From: Basidiobolus meristosporus CBS 931.73
Taxonomy: Eukaryota; Fungi; Basidiobolomycota
Length of the DNA: 64,000 nt
NCBI GenBank assembly: GCA_002104905.1
Contig: MCFE01000276.1
Location: 1 to 64,000 of the forward strand
Reading direction: 5' to 3'
How positions within the stretch are numbered: the stretch's first letter is position 1; each line of letters opens with the position of its first letter. Made by a program: the position numbers and the translations under genes. Of this stretch, positions 27,182-38,453 are shown in pieces. The notes beneath the pieces are model-generated. The model worked only from the letters and a program-made list of their open reading frames with translations, was not told the DNA's origin and searched no databases.

Positions 27182-29175
27182 GGCACAGGGGAGTTTCCGT
27201 GTGGACAGAGAGCGGGTGGGGAAAAGTTGATTGAACCTGGGCTGGTGATGCACTTCCTTAAATACCTTGGGTGGCAAATCCATCCCATTGATCCCGGTCA
27301 CAACTGCTAATCAAACTTCATTTGTAATCTGGATTAAATCCCTTTCTAGCCTCAATCTAGACATATGAGATCCACCCAGGATGGTGTTTGATCCGAATTT
27401 CATTTCAACTGGTCTTGATGCATGGAATCAACACGACGAGGCAAGCCTGCGTATGGTCATCCATGGCTGATGATTGCCAATGCCGACCAGTGATTAGACA
27501 GCCTTGATGTCGATCAGATGCTATGAAAGTCGCGACGGAAGGATGTGCAAGCGTCCAGCAGAATGCGGCCCAGCCGTGCCCAGGCCCGAAGATGCTGGAG
27601 ATCAAGTGAAGGAAAATAGATGGGGTTTTTGGGGATTGTCAAGGCCGCCAGCCGAGGCACAGCGATGTTTCCGATCATCGAGCTAAGTTCCCCTGTGCGC
27701 AGATTGGACTCCAAGGCGGCATGGCAAACTTGTGCCACCTCGGGTTCTATGCACTATATGACCGTATATTCAATCCCAGCCCCCGCTAGTTGGCGCAGCA
27801 GCAGTCGGTTAGTCCCTACTTCCCCGCTCCAGAAAGTCGATATGTTTCATATGCCCCTTGAGAAACGGCTTGGATCGACCACCATCGACGGACAAGCAGC
27901 CGGTAGAATACCTACTGAGCTACGGATTCTCCCGAGGGCACTGGTTTCAAGATCTGTGGACATTTTTGGCAGGAGAAATGGGCGCCTATTTGATTCGCAC
28001 TGCCATTTGTGTGACGCTGGTCCTTATGGTTGCTAGATTGATGGGAAATTTCGGTGGAGTAACCTGCCAAGCGGCTATTCCTGAGAACCGATTGGTGTGG
28101 GCAGCATCTCCTCGGCTTCAAGGGTCCAGCGTAGTAGCACCCTAGGGGACGGAGAAATAGCATGGCTCCAATCTGGTAGGTATCAGTGCCAGTGATTGCT
28201 CCGTTCACCGCACCGAGCGCAAGAATGCCAGTCACTGTGTCCCATCCCATCCCAAACGCGCCGTCCTGGAAGTTGCCGATGTGAATCTCCCTGCAATCAT
28301 GCTTCGGAGTGGTCCTTCCAAAAACATCCACGATCTCGTTTCCACCAAACATCTCCCTTCCATGCCATAACCGGAGTGTTCGAAGAGCCTTGAGCCAGTG
28401 CTTGTGCCACTGTGGCCTCATCCTGTGCCAATTGTTGGGTCGCTTTGGCTTGGACGGCAACTACGCGGCCTACCAGATATATCTGGGATCCGCCTGGCCA
28501 AACCTAGCTGTTGAACACTTCAAGTAATGGTCCCGGATGTCTTCACGCTGCTGTTTCAAGCGCAGGTTGGTCAACGCTATACGATAACGGCAGGCCTCTC
28601 AGATCTCTCTGCTCGCTGATTGGCCTTTGTCCTTGGAATCGCTGCAAAATCCTAGAATTCAATGCCGGCGATGGATCCAGCGATGCTTATCCACAAAAGG
28701 TTCGTTGATGGTTGGTCATATGATCAGCACCTCGATAAGGTTTCAATTGAGCCGAAAAGGGAATGCGAGGGAGTGGAGACGCCCACAGCACATGCCATTT
28801 ATCTTCCACAACGCTGGTGGAGCTCTATTCCACGATGCTCTGATGAATGAGGGGTTATATGGCTTACCTAGAGCAAAGCAAAGGCGAACCGTATTGAGCT
28901 ACAAGTTGTTGATTAAGACTTGGGGTATTTGCTAGATGCTTGTTTATTTGGCTCAAACCGCGACCCATTCCTACGAGTTCTATGACATTTGTAAGGGCCG
29001 TCGCTTGGCTGAGGTATAAAGAGTTCCTGTCGAGCTAGTTATGTATCTCTCTTGTTAATCGGTAAATATGGACAGTATACACAATACTTGTTGAAGGCAA
29101 GTGCTTCAGTTTGGTCACTAATAATAAGAATATGCACGAAGCCAAGACCTCTGGAGGGTTAGAGTGTTCAAGCAG

Positions 29176-30899
29176 CTACGCAGATCTGTAGAAGAATCTA
29201 AGAAAGCGATGAGTATCCATCGTGAAGGAGGTTCACATTCACTCACTTACCTGCTGAAGGTGCAAGCAGCCAAGAAGATCATAAGGAAAGATATTGTGGC
29301 TGGAATCTTGAACAGCTGAGGATCGCTCCAGATCATGGTCAGCAGAAACTGGCCGAGGTCGAACAGATTGCACAGGGTGAAATGCCATCCGTGAATTAGT
29401 CCCGTCTGCGAGTTGGTCACATTTTCTTGGAGAATCTGCATCTGGCTGAGGTCGAATATCCACACACACATTCTTGAGAGTGATATGCCTGCGATGAGCA
29501 GCACTCCAGTAAACCAGCTTTGATAGATGAAGAATGAGCAAATCACTGGTATCAACGCAAGCCACTCCAATATCAACGAAACCTGGGCTGTCTTCATCAG
29601 GCCCCAGCGTCGTGACATAAGAGGCATCAGGAACGTCCCAACAATGGCTAGCAGAGTCATGATACTGCGCATGCCTCCAATGTGCGAGTCCGAATAGCCT
29701 TTCCATTTGAGCCAGGATACCATGGTACCTGCGATACTCAAGACCGACATGTAGATCATTGCGTAGGAGAGGGACACTAGGAGCAATGTAAGCAATGGGA
29801 AGGCCACACCAATATGGATGGATCGTCTCACCTGCAAATATCGGATGGTTGTAATAGATCAGCCAGTCTCTATACACACGCTTGAAATAGGAGGTATGAT
29901 GCTTGTGATTACGGCTTAGGGTGTCACTCGGGTCCTCATCAGCGCCACTCATATCATCGCCAGTAGGAACACCCAGATAATGGCCTACCATGAGCTCCTT
30001 GTCCTCTGACAAGCAAGGGATGCAGTCGTACACTTTCTGGATCAGATGCAGCTCCAGGAACATGGAGATGGCCGACCAGAAGCCGATGAAGAGAACGCAA
30101 AACCTGGGCGATTGCGCGGCGACGACGAATCCGAACATCAGCGGTGTAACCATCTTGCTGACGAGCTCGATGCGTCGCATGATTGAGTTGACGCCTAAAC
30201 AGACGCGGCCATTGAGTATGGGTCCCTCACGAAGTCATCCTGAAAATACTTACGAGTCAAGACTGCCGAGTTGGATTGGGCCATCATGACAAGCCAGTCC
30301 TTTTCGACGACTATGCTGACCCCCACGCTAGACAGTTTCAACGCCCCCCCTGTCGCCACTATCAGGCCGAAGATGGTGTAGCACAGAGGCTTAGCATCCT
30401 CGGGAATCGCCTCATAGTCGAAGTACGTGAAGAGTACCAGGAATCCAAGCGAGGCCAAGACGTTGCTGATTCTCTTGACCGGGATAAGAGTCCTAATCGC
30501 TATGGAACAAGAAAAGTTAGAACGCGGGATGCGAGGGACGTACACTCCAAATGGGCTACCTTGAAGCCTCGCGGTGCAATCAATCCACTTGCCAACTACA
30601 CTGCTGAACAGGATGCCGGACGCAGTGAATACAAACCCATACAATGAGGAGGGGAGTAGCGTGTCCTTGAAGATATCCATGATAAACACGAAGGTGGCGA
30701 ATTCGAAGAACCTATCATTCCAAGTGCTTCGACGGAGGTGGGTTAGCGGCGGTTGAAGTGAACACTGGGGAAGAGCGACAGCTTACTTGAAGAAATGGTA
30801 CAGATAGAGCCAAGCGTAGGGAAGGTTGGCTGCTACGGCCTCTCTGGTGCGACTTTGCAGTAAAGCGGTGCTTTCCTCTTGTCTTGGGGTATTCTCCAT
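29176..30899 (-). CDS. FPN1: Ferroportin (SLC40/FPN1) family metal exporter (6 exons)
   Basis: Spliced LYLYHFFNTWNDRFFEFA, VVGKWID, SIVVEKDWLV, MRRIELVSKMVTPLMFG, SRMCVWIFDL and LCNLFDLGQF. Confidence 0.9.
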
Positions 30900-31888
30900 G
30901 GCGCAAACCAGAACAAGCTGCGTTGGTCAACCAATGGCCAACTTATTAACTGGTATTCACTATGGGACCCTAACTGCTGGTAATGGCACCATGAGGTGGC
31001 CAAACATGACAATTGGTACTCCTGAATACTCCAGGTGATTGCCAACCCACCTGGCCGACCCACATGATTGGATGTTGTCTGCTAGATCAATCTAAGCAAT
31101 ACAATATAATCAGTGGATTTTTCATGCACTTCCGTGGCTTCGCACATCTCCATGTGTATCACACACCTGTGATACATTCGTCTGATGTCCCACTTCGGTT
31201 GCTCACCAAGCTTAGTAACCGCTTAGTGAGGAATGTGCATCGACCTGGGTTGCCCACATGCTGCCGACTGGAGCCGTTGTGGCTGATATACGGACATTCT
31301 GCGAGTAGCACATGGCGCTTCACCTACAAGGGTGTATTCATGCATCGTAGGAACAGGCGGTAGGTCTAATGAAATTCCCGCTCACTACTCTGCCACAGGG
31401 ACGGGTGTGATACGTCATTTTGTGCCAACTCAATCTTGAAAATCCCGTCGCGGTTCCCGTAAACCCGATCCCATATCGGGTCTGCCAGACTCGTTTGCCC
31501 AATAAATCTGCCCAACCGTATCCTCCATTTGCCTAGTGGAAGCACTCGATGAGACCGACCTCCCACTGTGGTGCTTCTTGTTACGTTGTTGATCTCTCTC
31601 TATCTTCCAAGCTCATGCCACCGGGTTTCATTCAGTCAAGTTGCCAGAATTGATGCTCCATTGTGAGTCTGATGGCTGCCTACTACGGCTTAGTCAAATA
31701 TGTGCCTGGGTTCTCTACCCTCTAGGGGCTTCACCAAGCTCAACTGGTGGTTCTCTCTTGCCGGAATAAAGCAACCGAACATCTTGTAGAGCTTGCTTGC
31801 AGTCATAGCAAGAATGCTTTGTGGGAGGTCCTAGGGAGCTATTTGAGTGATGCGGGGTCATTGAGGGTTGTAGCTGGTTAGTGACTAA

Positions 31889-33788
31889 TGTTGTAAAAGT
31901 TTTGGAGATATTGGAAGTGATTGGCAGAACAAGTGGATGCTGTGGTTTCACTTAATGCTTTGTTGAGAGTCAAAGTGGTATTTGTACTTTTACATAGCCT
32001 TGGCAAACACGCAGAATATTTTTCGAAAGGTCCCTAAAGCATGTGCGCAAAGCTTGGGGACGTTTGGGCATCTTCGAGGATTTTCTTGTCCTTGGTACAT
32101 TGTATTTTGGTAAAATGTTCTAGGCGGATCCCAACAGCAAACTTAGGCGAGATATTCTTGGACTTGTAGTCTATGGTCTCAGTGACTAAGCTAATGGAGT
32201 ATCCGGTACAACCATGAGATTAACAGTATTCCCACTTAACTTAATGCTCATATTGACTAGGCATAACTGTGATCTAATATATTCCAACTTGTCTCACACT
32301 AATGGTTTTGTAAGTATATCTGCAGTTATTTCACCAGCTGGGTAGTAATCTAAGGCTATCCTCTGTATCTTCCTAGATGACATGACACCTGACCTATATT
32401 TATATAGTTCAAGCACAAAAACTGGGATCTCTGCCAAATAAACTATATCATTGATTGTGCTGAAATATAGTGGTAAGAAAGTTTTCATTGAAGCTCAAGC
32501 CTTTAAAATGCTTTCTTCACCACATTACTGCTTTTGTAGCCATACATGCTGCTATATCTTGCACTTCTGTAGTGGAAAGACCCACAGTCAGTTGCTTTCT
32601 AGAATTTTATGAGATGGCCCCTTGATGATAATTGAAGGTATGGCCTACAATAGATTTTCTACTTTCTAGATACTTTGCCCAATCTGCATCAGGATATTGT
32701 AAATGTTCATGTCCTAAAATGTAAAAGTAGCATGGATACTTTGGCCAGGTCTTGGCAAAACAAGATAATGCACCATGTTTAGGAAGGTCCTAAGAACATG
32801 GGTGCAAAGTTTGGGGCTGTTGAGACAACCTTGAGAAATCTCATGTTCCAGGCACCTGAGACTTTGGTGAATATATTCAGGTAAGTCCCATCAGTAATTT
32901 GGCCAATATTGTTTAAGATTTGTGGGAAATATTTCAATTAGATCCCACCAAGGAACTTGGTCAGTATTCTCCAAGATTAATAGGTAATAATCTAAGTTAC
33001 CAAGTCTGGTCAGTGTTGAGGTGTGATTGCATATTTATACAACACTCCCACTCAACTAAGGGTTTAAATCAACTAGTCCCAAATGTGATCTGAAGTACAT
33101 GAATTCTGTTCTAACCAGTAAGTTTTAAGAGTCTGAGAGATATTAGAAGTGATTGGAACAACAAGTAGATTATGTGGTTCTTACTCAATAATTTGTTGAA
33201 TATAAAGGTGATATTTACACCTTTAGATAGTCTTGGCAAAACAATCAGACAGAATATGCTTGGGAAGGTTCCCAGAACATGTGTGCAAAGATTAGGGTTG
33301 TTAAGACAACTTTCAGAAATTTTATGTTCTGGGTACCTGATGTTTGGTGAAGGTATCCTGAGCAAATCCTAACAAGGAGTTTGATCAGTATTCTCTGAGA
33401 TTTGTAGGTAATGATCTAAGCCTTCCAGACTTAATGGTTAGATCTATCCAACTTTTCAGCAGAGGGAAAACTTTCAGCAATGGCCATAGTAGACTTGCAG
33501 AGAATGACAGCTTAGGGCTCATCACCAGTTGTAGGAATTGTGGACAATTGGAAATGATTGGGAGAGCAAGTAGATTATGTGGTTTTCACTTTACGCTTTA
33601 CTGAAGCTTCACTGAATGTAAAAGCAGTAATTATACTTTTGCATTTGCTGGGGTGCCTGATGTTTTGGTGAGAATATTCCAAGTAAATCCCAACAAGGAG
33701 TTTGGTCAGTACTCTCTAGATTTATAGGTAATTATTCAAGTTACCAAGTCAGGTGAATACTCTGGTGATGTTAGAAACTTTTACAACA
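31889..33788 (-). mobile_element. Stack of copia family A debris: four LTR copies, RNase H stubs, and one PBS+gag start
   Basis: LTRs at ~31889-32228, ~32755-33044, ~33121-33420 and ~33527-33788. RNase H remnant ADILTKPL at 32294-32488. PPT beside 33044. PBS-like GGTGATGAGCCC at 33526-33515. Confidence 0.82.
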
Positions 33789-33849
33789 TTGCTCCTACGG
33801 TAAGGGATTCCTGACAAGTTGGACACCATGCAATGTTTCTAATCCCCAT

Positions 33850-34590
33850 GAGAAATAACTTGGTCCTGCAGGTGGATCCAATCAGGATCAGCTGTCAAGA
33901 TCCTGCATTGAGGCTGTCACAATGCTGGCACCTTGGAATTAATGACCCTCTTTACAATCTTATGACAGAATAGTTCTGGGGTTTTGCTGATTCTACTGCT
34001 AAATTAGTAAATAGACTTGACAGCAATTAAGCAGTCCTTTGATGGGATTTCAATGATATTTGAACAGTCTCATGGTGGTCTATGCTTATTTGAGCACACC
34101 CAACCAGCCAGTACATGCAAACACAATATATTGAAAAAACTTGATGGTATTTCAATGGCCTAGATGCAGTCATCTGTTGGCATTGTAGCAGCAGTACAGC
34201 TGCCTAGAGCTAGTCCTATGTAATACTATCATACCAATTTATAAAATGGAATTCTCTATTGTTACCTCCCCTTGCACCATTCATATATTGCTTTGCAGTA
34301 TCACCCCAATTTATTTGCCTACCCATTACTACAGTGGATTTTGCACTTATAGTTTGAATCAAAAGAAACTATGGCCTCCTGCTTAGTAACCTCTACATAC
34401 ATGTTTACCCACTGCAATTGATGCACTTCTATCACCTCAACTTTATGGCTTTCAGTGTAATACTTGCAAAGTTGCCATAACCTTGTATTGCTGGTAACAT
34501 ATACATCCTCCAAACATATGTACAGCTGCCACCACTTTTGCCATGAAAAGCTCCTGAATATCTGAAAAGAACCTTTTGGTAATTGGCCGG
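33850..34590 (-). mobile_element. 3' fragment of a CMC/En-Spm-like DNA transposon (copy C)
   Basis: Inverted homology to 53150-53930 and direct homology to 44620-44790 (the KVEVIEV..Q coding segment plus downstream sequence). Confidence 0.65.
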
Positions 34591-35389
34591 TAGACTTGTT
34601 CCATTGTACCATGCCAGGGCAAATGGCGCTATCTGTGGTTGCAGAGAACAATTGGGCGCATTATTGTAGCTACCAGTAGGCAGAATAGCTCTTGGACAAT
34701 TTTGCATTATGTGGGACAATCTTGCACACTATGACACAATCTGACACAATGAGGTTGGCACAGATGATTGTGTCAGCTTGCAATCTTGCATCATATATGA
34801 AATTGGAGACCACTATTGTGGTAGGTAAAATCCAGTATTTGGATATGTTTCTTTAAGGTCAATGGAAATAAATGTGTATCACACTATAAGCTACACTCAC
34901 AGCCCAAGTGTTCATTGTCAGTCAGTTCACCAGAAGTAACTTGCTGATGATAAGGTGTAACAGCACTTGCAGAACTTGATATGTTGGCATGTCCCTTGTC
35001 TAAGTATAATCTGATGTTACATGTTGATGCAACTTGGCCTGCTCCAATGAACTTAGGTCTAAATGAGCAGTTTGGCAAGTTCTGGTAGTTGGCATCAACC
35101 TGATCTTATATGAAGCACATATGAAAACTAATGTGATTGTTGAATTTTCCATAAATTATGCATAATGCATCTTGACTTGCATTGACACAGATCAGATCAC
35201 ATCAATTGCGGATTTCCTATTTTATTATAGACTTGTGAGTAAATCATCAATAAAATTGCCAAGTAATTGTTTGAGGATGATGTTGCAATATAATGATGGG
35301 ATACATAGCAATTGATGAAGATTTGATCATAATGCATGGAAAATCAGATAAATTAAGCTGATTGCACCAAACCAATCCAATTCACATAA

Positions 35390-35960
35390 ACTTGAGTACC
35401 TATCAGCTTTTTATTGCATACACATCTAAATGGCCTTTTCTCATCAATCCCATCACTACCACTGGATTTCCTTTTGACACATTGGAGGAGATCTATACCA
35501 AGTAAGGTGGAAAATCTACCCCAATCTACTAAAGGAGATCCTTTGTTAAGCTTCTCTGCTATTACAAGAATTATTGCCCTACAAGGTTTGATCTCACAAT
35601 CCATGCCAACAAAGTCCTAGAAGCTTCTATTCCCAGCTGACAGCAATGGAGAACCACCTTGCAGAGGGTATGAATGACTTAGAGCAAGCTTGGAGTACTA
35701 GGTTCAGAAGCTCTAAGAGACTTCCATATCCAGGAGTGCTGAGCAACAGGTTCCATATCAGGAGTACTTTGGGTACCTTCCCAGTCAGGATTAACAGACC
35801 TTCTAGAAGGCAGAGGCCCTTTAATTCTTGCAAATACAAGGCACATTGGGTGATGTTTCAAGCACTCTCTGACCTTGAGGGTAACATCATCTGGTTTAGT
35901 AGGCCATTTGCTGGAAGTAGGCATGACAAAGCACTCTGGGAAGAGAATTGTTGTATCTAA
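35390..35960 (+). mobile_element. PIF/Harbinger- or ISL2EU-like (DDE_Tnp_4) transposase remnant
   Basis: GTFPVRINRP...KAHWVMFQALSDLEGNIIWFSRPFAGSRHDKALW resembles the DGT-x-I-x-RP / H-x-K-x-Q / GS-x-HD pattern; contains stops and frameshifts. Confidence 0.7.
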
Positions 35961-35997
35961 GAGAAAAGTGTGAAAAAACTCTTGAATGAGTTAACTG

Positions 35998-36346
35998 CGC
36001 TGTAAAAATATATAAATCCACCTATGTATTCACCTAACTTAGTGACTTAGATCATTACCTGCAAATTCTAGAGAATACTGACCAAGTTCCTTATTGGGAT
36101 TCACTTAGAATATTTCACCAAAATTTCAGGTACCAAGAACATGAAAATTAGATAAGTTGTCCAAACAGTCCCAAACTTTGTACACATGTTCATGGGACCT
36201 TCCTAGGCCTATGCTACATGCTTGTTATGCCAAGACCATGCAAAAGTATAAATACTACTTTTTGATTCAATAAATCATTAAGTGAAAACCTCCTATTCTA
36301 GTTGTCCTCCCAAATCACTTCCAGTATCTCCAAGACTCTTACAACA
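35998..36346 (+). repeat. Copia family A 5' LTR
   Basis: Homologous to 973-1304; ends TTACAACA; the 5' end is slightly decayed. Confidence 0.88.
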
Positions 36347-36358
36347 GGTTATGAGCCC
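36347..36358 (+). promoter_or_regulatory. Primer-binding site GGTTATGAGCCC, complementary to the anticodon arm of tRNA-iMet (tRNA-half type)
   Basis: Directly abuts the LTR. It is the reverse complement of GGGCUCAUAACC and has variants at 33526 and 62394. Confidence 0.8.
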
Positions 36359-36568
36359 CAAGCTGTCACTCTCAGCAATGTCCACTACTGCTATTACTGG
36401 GATTTTTCCCTCTGCTGAAAAGTTGAATGGTTCCAACTACCAAGTGTGGAGGGTGAAGATGAAGATGCTGCTATGAGAAAGAGGCCTTTAGGATATTGTT
36501 ATGGGAGAAGAATGCCCTCCTAAAAATGTGCGAGATGAATTCTTAAAGTACCAGAAGAAAGAACAATG

Positions 36569-37097
36569 TGTCATGATCACATGACAACCATGAACACCCA
36601 TGCCAAGTTTCAGCTTCCTAGCTCAATTTCTAAGAAATTCCTTCTGGAACCTTCTACCACCTTCCAGAAAGTTCCTGACCATTCCAAACCATTGTCACAC
36701 AATGGAACATTCCATGGAAGCTTTCCATTGTATTTTCATAGTCCAGTACCATATATGGAAATACCAGGTCACATGACTTAGTCACATGATCAGGTGACCC
36801 AATCCATTTCCCCATCCTGTCTCAGTGCCGTGTCATCTATGTCATTATCCCTAGCACCATTGCTGTGCCTCACCCCACAACCCCATTAGTATTAGCTAAT
36901 ATCTCTCGGCATCAGTATAGCCAAAAAGTATATATAGTCCTATCCCCCCTTAAAGTATTCCTCAGTCTGATAAACACAGGTCTTGAATAAACAGCCTTGC
37001 CTTGGAAATCCGCCTTGCCTTGTTGATCCACACCTAAGTCCTTTCTTGGTCCTGCCTTGCCTAGCCCTACTCTCCTGCCTTGTGTCTATTCATAACA
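36569..37097 (+). repeat. Chromovirus 5' LTR (529 bp)
   Basis: TGTCATG...CATAACA; TATATATA at 36929-36936; AATAAA at 36986-36991; nine mismatches to the 3' LTR by eye. Confidence 0.95.
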
Positions 37098-37099
37098 GT

Positions 37100-37110
37100 T
37101 TTATCAGACT
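37100..37110 (+). promoter_or_regulatory. Self-priming PBS TTTATCAGACT
   Basis: Exact reverse complement of LTR bases 36964-36974 (AGTCTGATAAA); no TGG-type tRNA PBS is present. Confidence 0.75.
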
Positions 37111-37503
37111 CTCCTGACTTACCTGTGGATCCCTGCCTTCTGCCCAAAGTTTGAAGAAAACTTGTAAAAGGAATACTCACCGTAAGTATCACCCATCATC
37201 TTTCACTAGTCTTGTCCTATAAAGGCAAAGATACTTTATCTTTGTAAAACAATTGGTCAAAGCTGCATTCACTTTATTACCCTGCTGGTGGAGTTTACAG
37301 TTGTTACAGTATTGGAAGCTTTAGTACAATACTCTATCAAAGGACATTGAAACCAGTACCTTCTGAAGTGACGCTAACTTATTTAAGTTGGGGATTGTGG
37401 CTTAATAGTTGTATTCTTGACATACTAGTGGCTTTACAAACCCACAACCTAGTTTAGTATATTCCAGTATTCCTTGCAAGTTCATCCGCCTTCCACTGCT
37501 ACC

Positions 37504-38436
37504 ATGTCCAACCTAGAGCTGAACTTTGCCCAGCTCATGGCTGCCTTTACCCAACTGCAGCAAGATCATGCAGACCTCAGAAACACTCTTGCTCAGTTCC
37601 AGAACCAAAGTGTCCAGCAAACTAGCCATGTCCCAGTCTACCAAGAACCCAAGTATACTCCTGCTACCAAGTTCAATGGCTCTCAGAATGAATTCCGTGG
37701 CTTCATCAACATGGTGAAGAACAATCTTGCACTCCAGCCCAACCGGTACCCCACTGACCAGGCCAAAGTTGGTTTCATCTCCAACCTGCTTACTGGTACA
37801 GCTCTCAACTGGTTCTCCCCATTAGTGGAGACCAACTCCCCCCTCCTCAGAGACTACCAAGCTTTTCTCACTGAAATGGAGCTAACATTTGGTAACCTTG
37901 ACCAAGCCAGAACTGCTGCCAACAAGATCAAGACCCTCAAACAAGGGAACAAACCAGCATCAGTCTACGCCTCAGAATTCCGACAACTCTCCAGTGACCT
38001 CAGCTCCTGGGGTCAAGCAGCCTTGATAAGCCAATTCCAAGATGGCCTTAGTGATGAAGTTTGTGATCTGCTACTCACACTCCCAGATCCAAATACATTG
38101 GTTGAGGCTATGCACCAAGCAATCCGGTGTGATAACAGACTATTCCAGAAGAAGCAAAAGAACCGTTAAAGACATATTCCTGTTGCAGTCCCAGCCCCTC
38201 CTGCTCCCCAAGTCACTCCAGAAGATCCTATGCAGATTGATAGTGCCAAATACAAGAAACTATCAAAGAGTGAAAAGTCCAGACGTCAACAAGCCAACCT
38301 CTGTCTATACTGTGGCCAACCAGGTCACTTTGCCAAATCCTGCCCCAACAAGAAGTCCAGCTTCAAGCTGATGCAGTCCTCCAGTAACCAACCTGATTCA
38401 GATCTGTCAGGAAACTCCAATGTCCAGTTGCACTGA
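37504..38436 (+). pseudogene. Chromovirus gag (one in-frame TAA at 38167-38169)
   Basis: Retrotrans_gag-like LTGTALNWF and YASEFRQL; PMQID; zinc knuckle CLYCGQPGHFAKSC. Confidence 0.9.
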
Positions 38437-38453
38437 CAGGCTTGCAACTGGAC
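38409..38453 (+). promoter_or_regulatory. Candidate -1 ribosomal frameshift signal (gag-pol)
   Basis: AGGAAAC, then a 6-nt spacer, then an 11-bp perfect stem (38422-38432 / 38443-38453). The -1 frame is open from 38415 into the protease. Confidence 0.7.

Noticed and set aside
27400-28950. Possible gene remnant (same-frame ORFs 27620, 28196, 28511; TatD-like LFDSHCHL; WD40-like GWDTVTGILALG on the minus strand)
   Set aside because: The motifs are isolated and on opposite strands, with no supporting downstream residues or consistent splice model.
36575-36800. Repeated CACATGA (E-box-like) motifs in the chromovirus LTR
   Set aside because: Three short copies, which could themselves be CpG-decay products of CACGTG; no independent support for function.
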